Shown here: positions 63,261-64,000 of the stretch, piece by piece | Position numbering within the stretch: the first letter of the stretch is position 1 | How the letters are laid out: each line of letters starts with the position of its first letter | Source: Blastocatellia bacterium | GTDB taxonomy: Bacteria; Acidobacteriota; Blastocatellia; RBC074 | Length of the DNA: 64,000 bases | NCBI GenBank assembly: GCA_033763135.1 | Contig: JANRKY010000286.1 | Location: 3,284-67,283, forward strand | Reading direction: 5' to 3' | Made by a program: the position numbers and the translations under genes | Notes under the pieces: model-generated | The model's input: only the letters and a program-made list of their open reading frames with translations | What the model was told of the DNA's origin: nothing | The model's database searches: none

Positions 63261-64000
63261 TTAAGCGGCCTTGACGACCGGTTTATCGGGATTCGCCGGC
63301 GTGAGCAGCTTGAGCGCCCGCGACGAGTGCGAGAGCGCGATCACCGTGTTGCTGACGAACTTGCTGTACCAGTCCCAATAGGGGCGGAGATCGGTCGCCC
63401 GCAGCGCGACCAGATGATCGTAGAGCAGCTGCTCGCCCGCGCGCCACTGTTTCTTCTCCTCGGCCGTCGGCGTGAAGAGCTTGTGCATCTCCGCGTAGTT
63501 GAGCGCCTCGAATGCGTGGCCCAGAAACCGAATCTGCGAGCGCAGCCGCATCACCTCGATCGTATCGGACGGCGCCGCGCCCCGCGTGACGACCTTGCCG
63601 TCCTGCGCGACCGCCAGGCGGTTGAGCATGTCCGGTCCCAGCCCCTTCGCCGCGTTCGCCTCGCGGTCGATCGCCTTCGAATCGCCGATCAGCCGCCGGA
63701 TCGAGACCTGATACATCTCCTTCAGCCGCGCTTCCAGCTTGTTCTCCCGATAGCCCATCTTCAGGCACGAGAAGAGCCCATAGACCGAATGCATCCCGTA
63801 GCAGCTGTATTTCGTGATCTGCTGACGGAATTCGAGCGACTCGTCCTCACCGCGATCGAGCGACTCCTGAAGCCCGTCACACATCAGCTCGTAACTTCCC
63901 AGCGCTCCGTTGATCACGTCGTTGAGGTTGATCTTCTCTCCCCACGCATTGGTCCAGATCGGCTGCGAGACGGGCACGATCAACGAAAACGCGATCAACC
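63261..64000 (-). CDS. Hypothetical protein. The N-terminus lies beyond the window end.
   Basis: ORF 63261..63998 is open at the window end. No recognisable family. Confidence 0.4.
   Translation of the reverse strand, partial: LIAFSLIVPVSQPIWTNAWGEKINLNDVINGALGSYELMCDGLQESLDRGEDESLEFRQQITKYSCYGMHSVYGLFSCLKMGYRENKLEARLKEMYQVSIRRLIGDSKAIDREANAAKGLGPDMLNRLAVAQDGKVVTRGAAPSDTIEVMRLRSQIRFLGHAFEALNYAEMHKLFTPTAEEKKQWRAGEQLLYDHLVALRATDLRPYWDWYSKFVSNTVIALSHSSRALKLLTPANPDKPVVKAA

Overview
High-GC (roughly 65%) and densely coding 64 kb chromosomal segment. Protein families and weak Shine-Dalgarno usage suggest an Acidobacteria-like soil bacterium, but that is inference only. No rRNA, tRNA or CRISPR array was recognised.

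Gene content, in order along the window:
- a secreted reprolysin-like zinc metalloprotease (truncated at the window edge), a GT-C membrane glycosyltransferase, and an atypical ClpA/B-family double AAA+ ATPase with a degenerate first ATPase domain and an unassigned ~350 aa C-terminal region;
- an SDR / NIPSNAP / TPP-dependent enzyme / acyl-CoA dehydrogenase block;
- a 1498 aa hybrid sensor kinase;
- a minus-strand run YgfZ, small ORF, rhodanese, DUF309, DUF4149-like, RluA;
- a lower-GC VapBC toxin-antitoxin module next to a SWIM-SNF2 helicase;
- an S9 peptidase;
- an Fe-S maintenance block (rubrerythrin, IscA, Mrp/ApbC, a SufR-like regulator) lying divergent to korA-korB plus a NuoI-type ferredoxin;
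- an MFS / SDR pair, RlmB, two large secreted proteins (a cohesin/dockerin-like HExxH protein and an NHL-repeat protein), MscS, a class A beta-lactamase-like protein, a Ser/Thr kinase and a methyltransferase;
- a complete group-1-type membrane-bound [NiFe] hydrogenase locus (small, large, cytochrome b, maturation protease, hypABCDE);
- an orphan sucD and a HepT/MNT toxin-antitoxin pair.

The least ordinary content is non-coding:
1. At least eight long intergenic hairpin elements whose arms are tandem 7-8 bp repeats. These include a three-copy CACGAAG family and a two-copy ~180 bp MITE-like element with terminal inverted repeats.
2. A 343 bp AT-rich island of nested AATTGAGA-based palindromes in a divergent promoter.
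3. A 9 bp tandem array (13.8 units) that fills an intra-operon spacer. It encodes an in-frame (Gly-Pro-Met)n leader ending in a UGA three nucleotides before the downstream start codon.
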